Assembly (NCBI GenBank): GCA_046735395.1
Contig: JBJKQR010000018.1
Coordinates: forward strand, 96,001 to 160,000
Source of the DNA: Fidelibacterota bacterium
Lineage (GTDB): Bacteria > Fidelibacterota > Fidelibacteria > Fidelibacterales > DSDE01
Direction of reading: 5' to 3'
DNA length: 64,000 bases
Shown here one piece after another: positions 37,119 through 47,280 of this stretch (position 1 is its first letter; every line of letters starts with the position of its first letter). The notes beneath the pieces were generated by a model. That model ran no database searches. It worked only from the letters and a program-made list of their open reading frames with translations, and was not told the DNA's origin. The position numbers and the translations under genes were made by a program.

Positions 37119-39035
37119 TTACTTGATTACCGCGCCGGAGGGGATATCTCCCTGCGGGCCGATCAGAACAAGTTTTCCGTCTTTCTGGGCGGTGAGCAGC
37201 ATGCCGCGGCTCTCGATTCCGAAAAGGGTTACAGGTGTCAGATTATAGACCATAATGATCTGTTTGCCCACCAGGCTGTCCGGGTCATACCATTTGCCGA
37301 TACCGGCCACCACAGTACGCTCTTCGTCCCCGACCTCTACGGACAGGCGAAGCAGTTTGTCACTTTTTGGTACGCGTTCGGCGCGCAGAATATCGGCAAC
37401 CCGCATATCGACGGATTTAAAACCATCAATACCGATCAGGTCGGCGGGAGTTTCTTCCGGTTTTTTATTTTCAGCGGGAGCGGGCGTATCCTGCTCAAGG
37501 CTGGTCATATCAAAACGTGGAAACAGGGCTTCTGCCTTTTTCAGGTTTGTGCCGGGCCGAAGCTTCTCCCAGGCTGTGAGCCGGAGCTGAGAGGCATCTT
37601 CGCCTAAAAGGGTAAAAAAGTTACCCATTTTTTCGGGTAATACCGGCATGAACAGGGAAGCGGCCAGTCTGAGACTGGCGAGCGATGCATAGAGGACGCG
37701 GCCCGCGGCGGGCAGATCACTCTTCGCCAGTTTCCAGGGTGCCTGTTCTTCCATGTATTTATTGATGCTGCGGACATAGGAAATAATTTCATGAAGCACC
37801 TGGCCGGGATTGGTGTGGTCGAGCAGCGTAAAAATCTTCTGCGACAGGGCTTCGGCTTCGTTTTTCAGGGCCGTTTCAGATTCGCCGAGTGTGCCGGGCT
37901 CCGGAACGGTGCCTTGGAAATATTTATGAATCAGGGTAAAAATGCGGTTGACCAGATTGCCCAGATCATTGGCCAGATCCGTGTTATAGGTCTGATAAAA
38001 ACGCTGACGGCTGAAGTCGGAATCACCGAAGAGAGGGCCTTCCTTGACGAGAAAATATTTGAAGGCATCCACGCCAACGGCCTGAATGTGGGACCGGATG
38101 GTCTTCAGGTCAATGAAATTTCCCAGGCTCTTGCTCATTTTCTGACCTTCGCTCATCCACCAGCCGTGGGCAAAGATCGTACGGGGCAGAGGCAGGCCGG
38201 CAGCCATGAGCATGGTGGGCCAGTAGACGCTGTGCGTGGTGAGAATATCCTTTCCGATCAGATGCGTTCCGGGCCAGAGGCGGCGGTAGAGGCTGTCGTC
38301 TGCGGATCCGTAGCCGATGGCAGAGATATAATTGGTGAGCGCATCAAACCAGACATAGGTGACATAATCCTCATCAAAGGGGAGCTCAACGCCCCAGGAC
38401 AGCCGGGATTTCGGCCGGGAAATGCAGAGATCTCCCAGATCATTGGCGAGGAAACCCAGAATTTCATTTTTCCGGTTTTCCGGCTGAATGAATTCGGGAT
38501 GGCTCTTGATATGTTCAACCAGCGGATCACGGTATTTGCTCATGCGGAAGAAATAATTTGTCTCGGAAATGGTGCGGACGTCCCTGAATCCGCCTTCATC
38601 GTATTCTTTCTGAGTGATGAAGCGTTCCTCGGAAACACTGTAGAGGCCATCATACTGGGCCCGGTAGATATCGCCCCTGTCGTAGAGATCCTGCAGCAGC
38701 TTCCGCACAATGACGGTGTGGCGCGGCTCGGTCGTCCGGATAAAATCATCATTGCTGATGTTCAGTTCCTGCCAGAGATTTTTGAAACGGGCCATGTATT
38801 CATCACAGTGCGCCAGGGGTGTGACACCGCGTTTTTCCGCCGCCTGCTGGACTTTCTGTCCATGTTCATCCGTTCCCGTGAGAAAATAGCATTCCGGGTC
38901 CCGGAGACGGTTATAGCGGGTGATGGTATCGGCAAGGATGGTCGTGTAGGCGTGGCCGATGTGGGGTTCGTCATTTACATAGTAAATCGGTGTCGTGATA
39001 TATTTACTGGACAACATACTGAAAGGCTTCCTCAA
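37119..39035 (-). CDS. metG: Methionyl-tRNA synthetase with C-terminal tRNA-binding domain
   Basis: TTPIYYVN, HIGH, GTDEHG, KMSKS, C-terminal OB fold; start may be ATG 39017. Confidence 0.98.
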   Translation of the reverse strand: MRKPFSMLSSKYITTPIYYVNDEPHIGHAYTTILADTITRYNRLRDPECYFLTGTDEHGQKVQQAAEKRGVTPLAHCDEYMARFKNLWQELNISNDDFIRTTEPRHTVIVRKLLQDLYDRGDIYRAQYDGLYSVSEERFITQKEYDEGGFRDVRTISETNYFFRMSKYRDPLVEHIKSHPEFIQPENRKNEILGFLANDLGDLCISRPKSRLSWGVELPFDEDYVTYVWFDALTNYISAIGYGSADDSLYRRLWPGTHLIGKDILTTHSVYWPTMLMAAGLPLPRTIFAHGWWMSEGQKMSKSLGNFIDLKTIRSHIQAVGVDAFKYFLVKEGPLFGDSDFSRQRFYQTYNTDLANDLGNLVNRIFTLIHKYFQGTVPEPGTLGESETALKNEAEALSQKIFTLLDHTNPGQVLHEIISYVRSINKYMEEQAPWKLAKSDLPAAGRVLYASLASLRLAASLFMPVLPEKMGNFFTLLGEDASQLRLTAWEKLRPGTNLKKAEALFPRFDMTSLEQDTPAPAENKKPEETPADLIGIDGFKSVDMRVADILRAERVPKSDKLLRLSVEVGDEERTVVAGIGKWYDPDSLVGKQIIMVYNLTPVTLFGIESRGMLLTAQKDGKLVLIGPQGDIPSGAVIK

Positions 39036-39931
39036 TTATCTTCGATTTTGTTCAGGTCACTGGCGTCCCCGTCCAGGATTTCCACATTCCCGTGCTTGAG
39101 ATTGCGCATCCCGTTTTTCCGGGCTTTATCAATGAGATCCACCACCTGATCGCGGGAGAATTCCTCGATACTGCCATCCTCCATATTGCAGACGGCCTTC
39201 TGGTGAATCACATTGATTTTTTCGATGTAGCCTTTTTTATTCTTATAGAGAACCGGTTCGCCGGGAAGGGGAAAGTTCTCCAGTGTCTGCTTGTAAAAAG
39301 CATGTTCGAAACGGAGGCAGCACTTGAGCTTGCCGCATTGTCCGCTGAGCTTTGCCGGATTCATGGGCAGGCTCTGATCTTTGGCAAACTGCGTGTTCAC
39401 CGGTTCGAAATTCTCAATGAATTCGCCGCAGCAGAGAGGAAGGCCGCAGGTGCCGATCCCGCAGAGCCGCTTGGTCTCATCACGGACCCCGATCTGCCGC
39501 ATTTCGATGCGTGTGCGGAACACTCCGGCCAACTGACGAACCAGTTCGCGAAAATCCACACGTTCGTCGGCGGTATAGTAAAAGGTCACTTTTTTCCGGT
39601 CAAGCTGGTATTCCACATCCATGAGCTTCATGTTCAGGCCCAGGGACTTTACCATATCAAGACAGGACCTGAAGGCATCCTTTTCCTTCTGCTGGTTTTC
39701 CCGGTAGGAATCCCAGTCCTCATCGGAGGCTTTCCGGGCGATTTTGAAATCGGTGAGGGCATTGCAGCCGTCACAGAGGCTGTCCACCACGGCGCTGACC
39801 CGTCCCATATCCTCGCCCTTGTCGGTCAGGACGACCAGATAATCGTTCTTGACAATGGGGTATTCCATTTCATTGACGTAATAGGCCCGCCGATTTCCCT
39901 TGAATTCTATTTTTATATAATTCGTGTTCAT
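39032..39931 (-). CDS. ricT: PSP1-domain / RicT (YaaT) protein
   Basis: YYTADERVDFRELV, RIEMRQIG, CGLPLCC, LSGQCGKLKCCL. Confidence 0.93.
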   Translation of the reverse strand: MNTNYIKIEFKGNRRAYYVNEMEYPIVKNDYLVVLTDKGEDMGRVSAVVDSLCDGCNALTDFKIARKASDEDWDSYRENQQKEKDAFRSCLDMVKSLGLNMKLMDVEYQLDRKKVTFYYTADERVDFRELVRQLAGVFRTRIEMRQIGVRDETKRLCGIGTCGLPLCCGEFIENFEPVNTQFAKDQSLPMNPAKLSGQCGKLKCCLRFEHAFYKQTLENFPLPGEPVLYKNKKGYIEKINVIHQKAVCNMEDGSIEEFSRDQVVDLIDKARKNGMRNLKHGNVEILDGDASDLNKIEDN

Positions 39932-41088
39932 TTTGTGCTCCTGCGTGCTGTCTGGAGATCCCGATGGACGGACGTGAAGAACCTGCCGGCCAAAGCGGGA
40001 ATATATAGATTTTTCGTTGATAATTCAATGACTTGCTCGGTTTTACGGATCAGTTCGTAATAATCGAGATTCGGGTAAAATTCGACAAATTTGCTCAGTT
40101 CCTGCTGATACTGGAAGAGGATGAGGGAAGTAGGTGAGAGGCCGGACTCCAGGGTCTGGGCATCCCGGAACCAGTAGATGAACATGCGGAAGAAATCTTC
40201 GAATGCGGTGCGGTCTGATTTGGCCAGCTGGCCAAGGTCCCGGCCGCGCTCGTGCAGGCTGAAGAATTCTCCGCCCATGATATTGCGCCAGAGACTGAGA
40301 AAGGTTGATTTTTCGTCACTCAGGCCCTGGTGGATATGGCGATTCACCTTCTGGATATTCCCGCTGCTGAGCCGGGCAATGAGGGACGCGTCGCTTTCAC
40401 TGAGTTTCTGCGTCTTCAGATATTCGATGATATCCGTTTCGGCGACGGGATTGAAGTTCAGGATCTGGCAGCGGCTCTTGATGGTATCGGGAAGCTCGTA
40501 GAGTTTTTCGGTCGTGAGGATGAAGGTGGTGCGCGGCGGCGGTTCCTCAAGGATCTTGAGCAGGGAATTGAAACTTTCCACATTTGCCTGTTCGGCCAGG
40601 TAGGTGATGACGAACTGCCATCCGTCCTCCTCGGATTTGAGGCTCAGGTCCTTTTTCAGTTTCCGGATGCTGTTGATGAGGATGCGGGATGCGCCGGGCA
40701 CCTGCAGTCCTTCATAGGGATCCGCCTGGAAGGTGTCCAGAGTGGACCGGACATCGTCATATTGTTTTTCGGAGAGCAGGGCGATGGGATCCGCATCCTT
40801 GCTGTAATCCTTTCCGGAGTTCCGGGGAACGGCGTAGATGAGAAAGAGATTGGGGTGTGAAAAGGATCTGGATTTTACACAGGCCGGGCATTCGCCGCAG
40901 GCTTCGCCGTTTTCCAATGGCGTCCGGCAATTCATGGCTGCAAAGAAATTGAGCGCGAGTGACATTTTTCCTGAACCGCGGGGGCCGGCGAACAGATAGG
41001 CTGATCCGACGCGGTCTTTTTTGCAGATACGGTATATTCGTTCATATAGCCGTGTCTGGCCGATGCCTTTGAAAATTCTGTCTGTCAC
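39928..41088 (-). CDS. holB: DNA polymerase III delta' subunit
   Basis: AYLFAGPRGSGK, CGECPAC, HP, NSLLKILEEPP, TIKSRC; upstream of ricT. Confidence 0.9.
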   Translation of the reverse strand: MTDRIFKGIGQTRLYERIYRICKKDRVGSAYLFAGPRGSGKMSLALNFFAAMNCRTPLENGEACGECPACVKSRSFSHPNLFLIYAVPRNSGKDYSKDADPIALLSEKQYDDVRSTLDTFQADPYEGLQVPGASRILINSIRKLKKDLSLKSEEDGWQFVITYLAEQANVESFNSLLKILEEPPPRTTFILTTEKLYELPDTIKSRCQILNFNPVAETDIIEYLKTQKLSESDASLIARLSSGNIQKVNRHIHQGLSDEKSTFLSLWRNIMGGEFFSLHERGRDLGQLAKSDRTAFEDFFRMFIYWFRDAQTLESGLSPTSLILFQYQQELSKFVEFYPNLDYYELIRKTEQVIELSTKNLYIPALAGRFFTSVHRDLQTARRSTK

Positions 41089-41175
41089 GCTGAGTTCCTG
41101 ATCATAGGGTGTAATTTACAGAAAATTAGGGATTTCGCTTAGCAAAAAATATGGAAAGCCAGTCGGACAGACTGC

Positions 41176-41880
41176 TCAGATATCAAGCAGGCCGGGAAGT
41201 TCCGCCATATTTTCAATCTGTCTGAAGTTCGGATTGTCTTCCGGAATGTTGTCGGACATCTCGTATTGCCAGGTGATCTGGCAGGGAACGTACACGGCTT
41301 TTCCGCCAAGCCTCAGGACAGGGCTGATATCGGAGCGCAGGGAATTGCCCACCATGAGGAAATTTTCGGGATGAATTCCCAGCTTCCCGATCAACGAGGA
41401 ATATTCGTCATCATTCTTGTTGCTCATGATTTCGATGTTGTGAAAAATGGATTCCACACCGCTTTTTTCCAATTTTCGCTTCTGGTCCAGAAGATCACCC
41501 TTGGTCACCAGAATGAGTTGGTAAGGTCGGGCCCGTAAGGCCTCCAGGGTTTTTTGCACCCCTTCCTTGAGAATGACAGGCCTCAGGGCGAGATCTTTCC
41601 CCAGCGCGATAATGGCTTCCAGAATTTTCCCGGGAATGCTGCCATCGGTGACGGCGAGGGCGGTTTCGATCATGGACAGGGTGAAACTTTTCGCACCATA
41701 CCCGTAAATGGGGATATTCTGCATCTCAATCTTGAACAGAAGCTGACTCAGACGGTCTCCGCGGGCATAGAGTTCAAGCAGTTCATACAGTGAGTTCTCT
41801 GCCTCCTGATAAAATGCCTCATTAATCCAGAGTGTATCATCCGCATCAAAACCTATGACGCGAATTTCCTTTTTATTCAT
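41176..41880 (-). CDS. HAD-family hydrolase
   Basis: FDADDTLW, TKGD, MVGNSLRSDI. Start moved to ATG 41880 (AGGAG SD). Confidence 0.9.
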   Translation of the reverse strand: MNKKEIRVIGFDADDTLWINEAFYQEAENSLYELLELYARGDRLSQLLFKIEMQNIPIYGYGAKSFTLSMIETALAVTDGSIPGKILEAIIALGKDLALRPVILKEGVQKTLEALRARPYQLILVTKGDLLDQKRKLEKSGVESIFHNIEIMSNKNDDEYSSLIGKLGIHPENFLMVGNSLRSDISPVLRLGGKAVYVPCQITWQYEMSDNIPEDNPNFRQIENMAELPGLLDI

Positions 41881-42137
41881 GGTCTGACTCCTGATTGGGT
41901 CTGGAATGAAAATACTACAGGGGCGCAGCAATGAACAGGGAAATATTCCGGAATGCCGGCAATATGCCCCATATAATGTCATTCTGATCACATTTTTCAG
42001 GAAATACGATGACCATGAGAGCGGGCTTCCAGAGAGGAATAAATTGCGGTAAATGCCGGAAAAAAAGGGAAATGAGCTGTTCCCCTTACAGGAAAAACAG
42101 ACTATATTATTGCTTCATGCAGAAGAATGAGGAGACG

Positions 42138-42596
42138 ATGAAAATAGCAATTATTTCAGGTTCCCCTTCAGATCAGGCCGTCATCGATGCGGCCGATTCC
42201 TATCTTGCGTGGTTCGGTCTTCAGGCGGAACGGAGAATTCTGTCTGCGCATCGGACTCCGGAGGAGCTGAAACGGTTTATTCAGGACTTTGACGCATCGG
42301 GCGGACAGATATATATCGGTGTCGCGGGTATGGCCGCGCATCTGGCTGGTGTTATCGCATCCCATACGGCTCGTCCTGTGCTGGGAGTGCCGACGGAAGG
42401 GCCGTCGCTGGGCGGCCTGGACTCTCTGCTTTCCATGGTGCAGATGCCCCGTGGTGTTCCGGTCGCAACCTTTGCCATCGGCAAGGCCGGCATGATCAAT
42501 GCGGTGATTTTTGCCGCGCAGATGCTTTCCCTTCAGGATGCTTCTCTCCGTGAAAAACTGGACGTATTCAAATCCGGAGGCTGTGTCCTGCCATGA
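42138..42596 (+). CDS. purE: N5-CAIR mutase / AIR carboxylase catalytic subunit
   Basis: SGSPSD, SAHRTP, AGMAAHL, PVLGVP, DSLLSMVQMP. Start ATG 42138 with GAGGAG SD. Confidence 0.95.
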   Translation: MKIAIISGSPSDQAVIDAADSYLAWFGLQAERRILSAHRTPEELKRFIQDFDASGGQIYIGVAGMAAHLAGVIASHTARPVLGVPTEGPSLGGLDSLLSMVQMPRGVPVATFAIGKAGMINAVIFAAQMLSLQDASLREKLDVFKSGGCVLP

Positions 42597-43498
42597 CCAC
42601 GACCCGCAAAATACTGGTGACCGGCGCCAATGGCGTTCTGGGTTATGCCGTCGCCCGGCATTTTCACCGGGCCGGAGATACCTTGTTGCTGACCGGGATC
42701 GAACGCGATTGCCCGGCCGCCGGCGAAGTGGACTGCAATTACGAAATTCTGGATATCACAGACAGGGCCGCGCTGAATGCCATCATTGACCGCTTTGCGC
42801 CGGATGTTCTCATCAATTGTGCCGCATTTACGTCGGTGGATGGCTGTGAAATGAAAACGGAGCTGTCCCGCCGGATCAATCACGATGCCCCGGCAGCCAT
42901 GGCGCAGCTGTGTGCCGGGAGCAGCACGATTTTTGTTCATTATTCCTCGGATTATGTCTTCGACGGGGCGAACGGACCCTATTCGGAAGCGGATCCGGTC
43001 AATCCCATCAATGAATACGGCCGTCAGAAACTGGCGGCGGAACGTGATATAATGTCCGTCACGGACAATGCTCTCATCATCCGCACAAATGTTCTCTTCG
43101 GACGGGCAGCGGTGGAACAGGCCTCCTTTGTCTCCTTTGTGGTGAATACCCTGCGGGCAGGAAAACCTGCGAACATTGTATTTGACCAATACAATAATCC
43201 CACCTGGAGCGATGACCTGGCCGAGACTACGGATGTTCTGCTGAAAGCGGGTGCGCGCGGTATTGTGAATTTCAGCGGAACGGAATATCTGTCCCGGCTT
43301 GAATTTGCCACGCTGATCGCGGAGGTGTACGGCCTGCCGACAGAGCTGATTCATCCGATTTCCACAGAGAGCCTCTCTCTGCCGGCACCCCGGCCGCTGA
43401 TGGGCGGGCTGAAGAATGATGCGGTATACCGCTTTTCCGGGATACCCCGGCGGAAGCTGAAAGATATTTTACAAACTATGAAAGGTGCGACAGCGTGA
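42593..43498 (+). CDS. rfbD: dTDP-4-dehydrorhamnose reductase-like SDR
   Basis: TGANGVLG, NCAAFT, SSDYVFDG, YGRQK, PAPRP. Confidence 0.85.
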   Translation: MTTTRKILVTGANGVLGYAVARHFHRAGDTLLLTGIERDCPAAGEVDCNYEILDITDRAALNAIIDRFAPDVLINCAAFTSVDGCEMKTELSRRINHDAPAAMAQLCAGSSTIFVHYSSDYVFDGANGPYSEADPVNPINEYGRQKLAAERDIMSVTDNALIIRTNVLFGRAAVEQASFVSFVVNTLRAGKPANIVFDQYNNPTWSDDLAETTDVLLKAGARGIVNFSGTEYLSRLEFATLIAEVYGLPTELIHPISTESLSLPAPRPLMGGLKNDAVYRFSGIPRRKLKDILQTMKGATA

Positions 43499-44211
43499 AA
43501 CGGCTGGTAATAATCCCAACCTACAACGAGAAAGATAATATTGCCGCGCTGCTGGATGCGGTCGGCAAATTGAAAATTGAGAATCTGTCCATTCTCATCG
43601 TGGATGACAATTCACCGGATGGTACGGCGGACATCGTGAAGGCCCGGCAGAAGGAAAACCCCAATCTGTTTATCCTGGAGCGGGAAAAGAAGTCCGGACT
43701 GGGCACGGCCTATATTGCAGGGTTCCGCTGGGCCATCGCTGAAAATTATGATTATATCGCCCAGATGGATGCGGATTTTTCCCATGATCCGAAGGATCTT
43801 GTCCGCCTGTTCGAGGCGGCCGAAAAAAATGACTGGGTAATCGGATCCCGGTATGTAAACGGAGTGTCCGTCGTGTACTGGCCAATGAGCCGGCTTATTC
43901 TCAGCTATGGCGCAAATATTTACAGCCGCATCGTCACGGGCATGCCTGTGAGGGACGGTACAGCCGGTTTCAAATGCTGGAACCGGAAGGTTCTGGAAGC
44001 CATTCATCTGGACAAAGTCAAATCCCAGGGCTATTCCTTTCAGATTGAAATGAATTTTCGCGCCTGGAAAGGGGGATTCCGCTTTTTTGAAGTCCCCATT
44101 ATTTTTGTGGACAGAACGGAAGGTCAGAGCAAAATGTCCAAAAAGATTGTCAGGGAAGCAATCTGGATGGTATGGCGCCTGAAATTCTGGAGTCTCGTCG
44201 GAAAAGTCTGA
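43495..44211 (+). CDS. Polyprenol monophosphomannose synthase-like GT2
   Basis: IPTYNE, VDDNSPDGT, GLGTAY, MDADFSH, GYSFQIE. Confidence 0.92.
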   Translation: MKRLVIIPTYNEKDNIAALLDAVGKLKIENLSILIVDDNSPDGTADIVKARQKENPNLFILEREKKSGLGTAYIAGFRWAIAENYDYIAQMDADFSHDPKDLVRLFEAAEKNDWVIGSRYVNGVSVVYWPMSRLILSYGANIYSRIVTGMPVRDGTAGFKCWNRKVLEAIHLDKVKSQGYSFQIEMNFRAWKGGFRFFEVPIIFVDRTEGQSKMSKKIVREAIWMVWRLKFWSLVGKV

Positions 44212-44234
44212 TTTTTATTAACGAACAGGAATGA

Positions 44235-46268
44235 ATGTCTGAAAATCCGATAGACATCAGTATTGTCATTGTCTCCTACAATGTGCGGGAATTCCTGCAC
44301 CAGTGTATATTATCCCTGAAAAAGGCTTCGGCGAATCTGCGGGTTCAGATACTCATCGTGGACAATGCATCCATCGACGGAACGCCCGAATTCATCCGAA
44401 CCCAGTTTCCCGAAATCCGGCTGATTGCCAATGCAGATAACCGCGGCTTCGGCGCCGCCAATAATCAGGCCTTGCCCGAAGTGCTGGGCCGTTATCTGCT
44501 GTTTCTGAATCCCGATACCATCCTGCAGGAAGATACGCTGCAGATTCTGCTGGATTATATGGACGGGCACCCGGAAGCGGGGATGGCGGGGTGCAAGATT
44601 CTGAACTCGGACGGAAGCCTGCAGCTGGCCTGCCGCCGGTCTTTTCCCACGCCGATGGTGACGCTGCCGAAAATGCTGGGATTGTCCACCCTTTTCCCGA
44701 AGAGCAAAAGGCTGGCAAAATACAATCTGACCTACCTGGATCCCGACCAGAGCTATCCGGTTGATGCCATATCCGGATCTTTCATGTTTGCCCGCAGTGC
44801 CCTGATCCGCGAACTGGAAGGGTTTGACAGCCGCTTTTTCATGTATGGCGAAGATCTGGATCTCTGCTATCGGATCAACGATGCCGGATTGCAGATCCAT
44901 TACGTGGCTGATACAACCATTATCCATTACAAGGGCGAAAGTTCGAAGCAGGCGGCTTTTGATAATATTCTGGTGTTCTACAAGGCCATGTCCATTTTTG
45001 TGCAGAAACATTTTGCCCAGAGGTATTCGCTGCTGTTTACGGCCATGCTGAAAGTCGGCATATTTGCCCATCTGACCCTGAAATTCCTCAGTACTGTCGG
45101 CCGCTGGCTGATGAAACCGGTATTCGACGGCCTGCTGCTTTACCTGAGTTTTGCTGCCGCTCTTCTGCTGAGATTCGGGAATTTTGATCTGTTTGAAGAT
45201 TACCTGATGATCACGGGGCTTTATTATGCGCTGTACCTGATTTCTGCTGCCGCACTGGGCCTTTACCGCAGCCGTCCCTTCGATTTTGTCCGGTCCACGG
45301 CAGCGCTGGCCGCAGGAGGCCTTCTCAGCGGATTTTTCACATTTTTCATCCCCAGCATCGCTCACAGCCGGATTGCCTTCCTCATCGGTTTCAGTATTTC
45401 TCTCATTTTTATTTCCGGCTGGCGGCTTATTCTGAAACTATTCCGACGGAAAAATACCCGCAAGGATCCGGCGGAACAGCTGTCCCTGAGAACGGCGATT
45501 GTCGGGGCGGATGCAGAAGGACAGCGGATTGCTGAGGTTCTGGGGGCAAAGCCCGAACTCGGCTATCTGTTCATCGGATTCATCGATAAGGATTTTTCCC
45601 ATCCCCGGACGGTCGGACGCCTGGCGTCGCTTCGGGAAATCATTCGCCTGAAACGGCTGAATTGTCTCATCTTTACCTCCGGCAGCTACAGTACGTCGGA
45701 TGTGATGGCCATTATGAATACAATCCAGGATCTGAAGGTGGATATAAAAATCGTACCGGAAAATCTGAATATGATCTATGGCAAGGCCAGCATCGAAACA
45801 CTGGACGGGATCTCGATGGTGGACATGGAATATAAGCTGCACAAGGGATTTTATCGTGGGCTGAAGCGAAGTTTCGACGTCGTGCTGTCAGGACTGCTCA
45901 TCCTGATATTTGCCCTTCCGGCTCTCTTCTGTCGTCTGCTGAGGGGACTGAAAGTAAAGGACATGGTGAGCGGAACGTTGCACTGGTCCTGGTGGGAACA
46001 CCCGTTGAAGGGCCGGATCCGCTGCTGGTGGTACCCCTTGTTATTTTCAGTTATAAAGGGTAATTTATCCTTTGTGGGAGATGTATGGAAAATTCCTGAG
46101 GGAAGTGATCGGATTTTCAAGCCGGGATGGTGCGGACTGGTTCAGATGGAGGGATCCCGTGATCTGTCCGCTGACGAGCACCGTCGTTTCATGACCTTCT
46201 ATATGAGGAATTATTCCTTCAGTATGGATATCGAAATCCTGCTGAAAACTTTTTTTAAAATACGGTAG
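44235..46268 (+). CDS. GT2 glycosyltransferase fused to TM segments, a Rossmann-like domain and a degenerate sugar-phosphate transferase domain
   Basis: IVSYN, VDNAS, LFLNPD, FFMYGEDLD; TAIVGA..G; KRSFD..GNLSFVG..KPG..YMRNYSFSMD. Confidence 0.85.
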   Translation: MSENPIDISIVIVSYNVREFLHQCILSLKKASANLRVQILIVDNASIDGTPEFIRTQFPEIRLIANADNRGFGAANNQALPEVLGRYLLFLNPDTILQEDTLQILLDYMDGHPEAGMAGCKILNSDGSLQLACRRSFPTPMVTLPKMLGLSTLFPKSKRLAKYNLTYLDPDQSYPVDAISGSFMFARSALIRELEGFDSRFFMYGEDLDLCYRINDAGLQIHYVADTTIIHYKGESSKQAAFDNILVFYKAMSIFVQKHFAQRYSLLFTAMLKVGIFAHLTLKFLSTVGRWLMKPVFDGLLLYLSFAAALLLRFGNFDLFEDYLMITGLYYALYLISAAALGLYRSRPFDFVRSTAALAAGGLLSGFFTFFIPSIAHSRIAFLIGFSISLIFISGWRLILKLFRRKNTRKDPAEQLSLRTAIVGADAEGQRIAEVLGAKPELGYLFIGFIDKDFSHPRTVGRLASLREIIRLKRLNCLIFTSGSYSTSDVMAIMNTIQDLKVDIKIVPENLNMIYGKASIETLDGISMVDMEYKLHKGFYRGLKRSFDVVLSGLLILIFALPALFCRLLRGLKVKDMVSGTLHWSWWEHPLKGRIRCWWYPLLFSVIKGNLSFVGDVWKIPEGSDRIFKPGWCGLVQMEGSRDLSADEHRRFMTFYMRNYSFSMDIEILLKTFFKIR

Positions 46269-46276
46269 AGGGAACA

Positions 46277-47233
46277 ATGGCTCGTATTGTACTGGAGTTT
46301 GAGAAGAAAATTTATGAACTGGAGGCACGGATTGAGGAACTGAAACAGTCCTCGGCGAATTCGGGTGTTGCCATGGACTCGGAAATTCTGAGTCTCAGCG
46401 AGAAGCTGACCAGTCTGATAGAGGAAACCTATTCAAATCTGACACGCTGGCAGCGTGTACAGCTCGCGCGGCATCCTGACCGCCCCTATACCCTGGATTA
46501 TATTGATCGCATCGTTGACAACTGGTTTGAACTCAAGGGTGACCGGAATTTTCGTGAAGATGATGCAATCGTAGCCGGAACGGGCCTCATCGGCGGTATC
46601 GGCGTGATGATCATCGGACAGCAGAAGGGCCGGAATGTGAAGGAAAACCTGAAACGGAACTTCGGTATGCCCCATCCGGAAGGATACCGGAAGGCGCTGC
46701 GGCTCATGAAGATGGCAGAGCGTCTGGGAAAACCGGTTCTGACGCTCATCGACACAATCGGAGCCTATCCGGGAATTGAAGCCGAGGAGCGGGGACAGGC
46801 TGAGGCCATCGCCCGGAATCTTTTTGAAATGTCGCGGCTCCGGGTTCCCATCATCAATCTGGTGATCGGGGAAGGGGCCAGCGGCGGCGCACTGGGAATC
46901 GGGATCGGTGACCGTCTGCTCATGCTGGAGAATACCTGGTACTCGGTTATTTCACCGGAAGGCTGCGCTTCCATTCTGTTCCGGGACGCGTCCCGGGCCA
47001 ATGAAGCTGCGGAGGCCATGAAGGTGACGGCCCGGGATCTGGAGGAGATGGGCATTGCCGACCGGATCATCGCAGAGCCGCCGGGAGGAGCGCACCGCTC
47101 CGTGGATAAAACCGCATTCACACTCAAGAATGTACTGGTGGAAGAACTTTCGAAACTTATTGATCTGCCCGTGGACGAATTGCTGGCGCGGCGAAGGGAA
47201 AAGCTGAGTCAGATCGGCGTCTACGACGAATAA
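46277..47233 (+). CDS. accA: Acetyl-CoA carboxylase carboxyltransferase alpha
   Basis: ARHPDRP, NFGMPHPEGYRKA, AEERGQ, GEGASGGA, VISPEGC. Confidence 0.98.
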   Translation: MARIVLEFEKKIYELEARIEELKQSSANSGVAMDSEILSLSEKLTSLIEETYSNLTRWQRVQLARHPDRPYTLDYIDRIVDNWFELKGDRNFREDDAIVAGTGLIGGIGVMIIGQQKGRNVKENLKRNFGMPHPEGYRKALRLMKMAERLGKPVLTLIDTIGAYPGIEAEERGQAEAIARNLFEMSRLRVPIINLVIGEGASGGALGIGIGDRLLMLENTWYSVISPEGCASILFRDASRANEAAEAMKVTARDLEEMGIADRIIAEPPGGAHRSVDKTAFTLKNVLVEELSKLIDLPVDELLARRREKLSQIGVYDE

Positions 47234-47280
47234 TTGCGATATTAACCAGCATCTCGGACCGGGAGTCCGAAGGAGGGAAT

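Noticed and set aside
37791..40060. 452-aa and 322-aa plus-strand ORFs
   Set aside because: Antisense shadows of metG and ricT
39032..41088. holB-ricT adjacency as a novelty
   Set aside because: holB-ricT followed by metG/tatD/rsmA is a familiar conserved housekeeping arrangement
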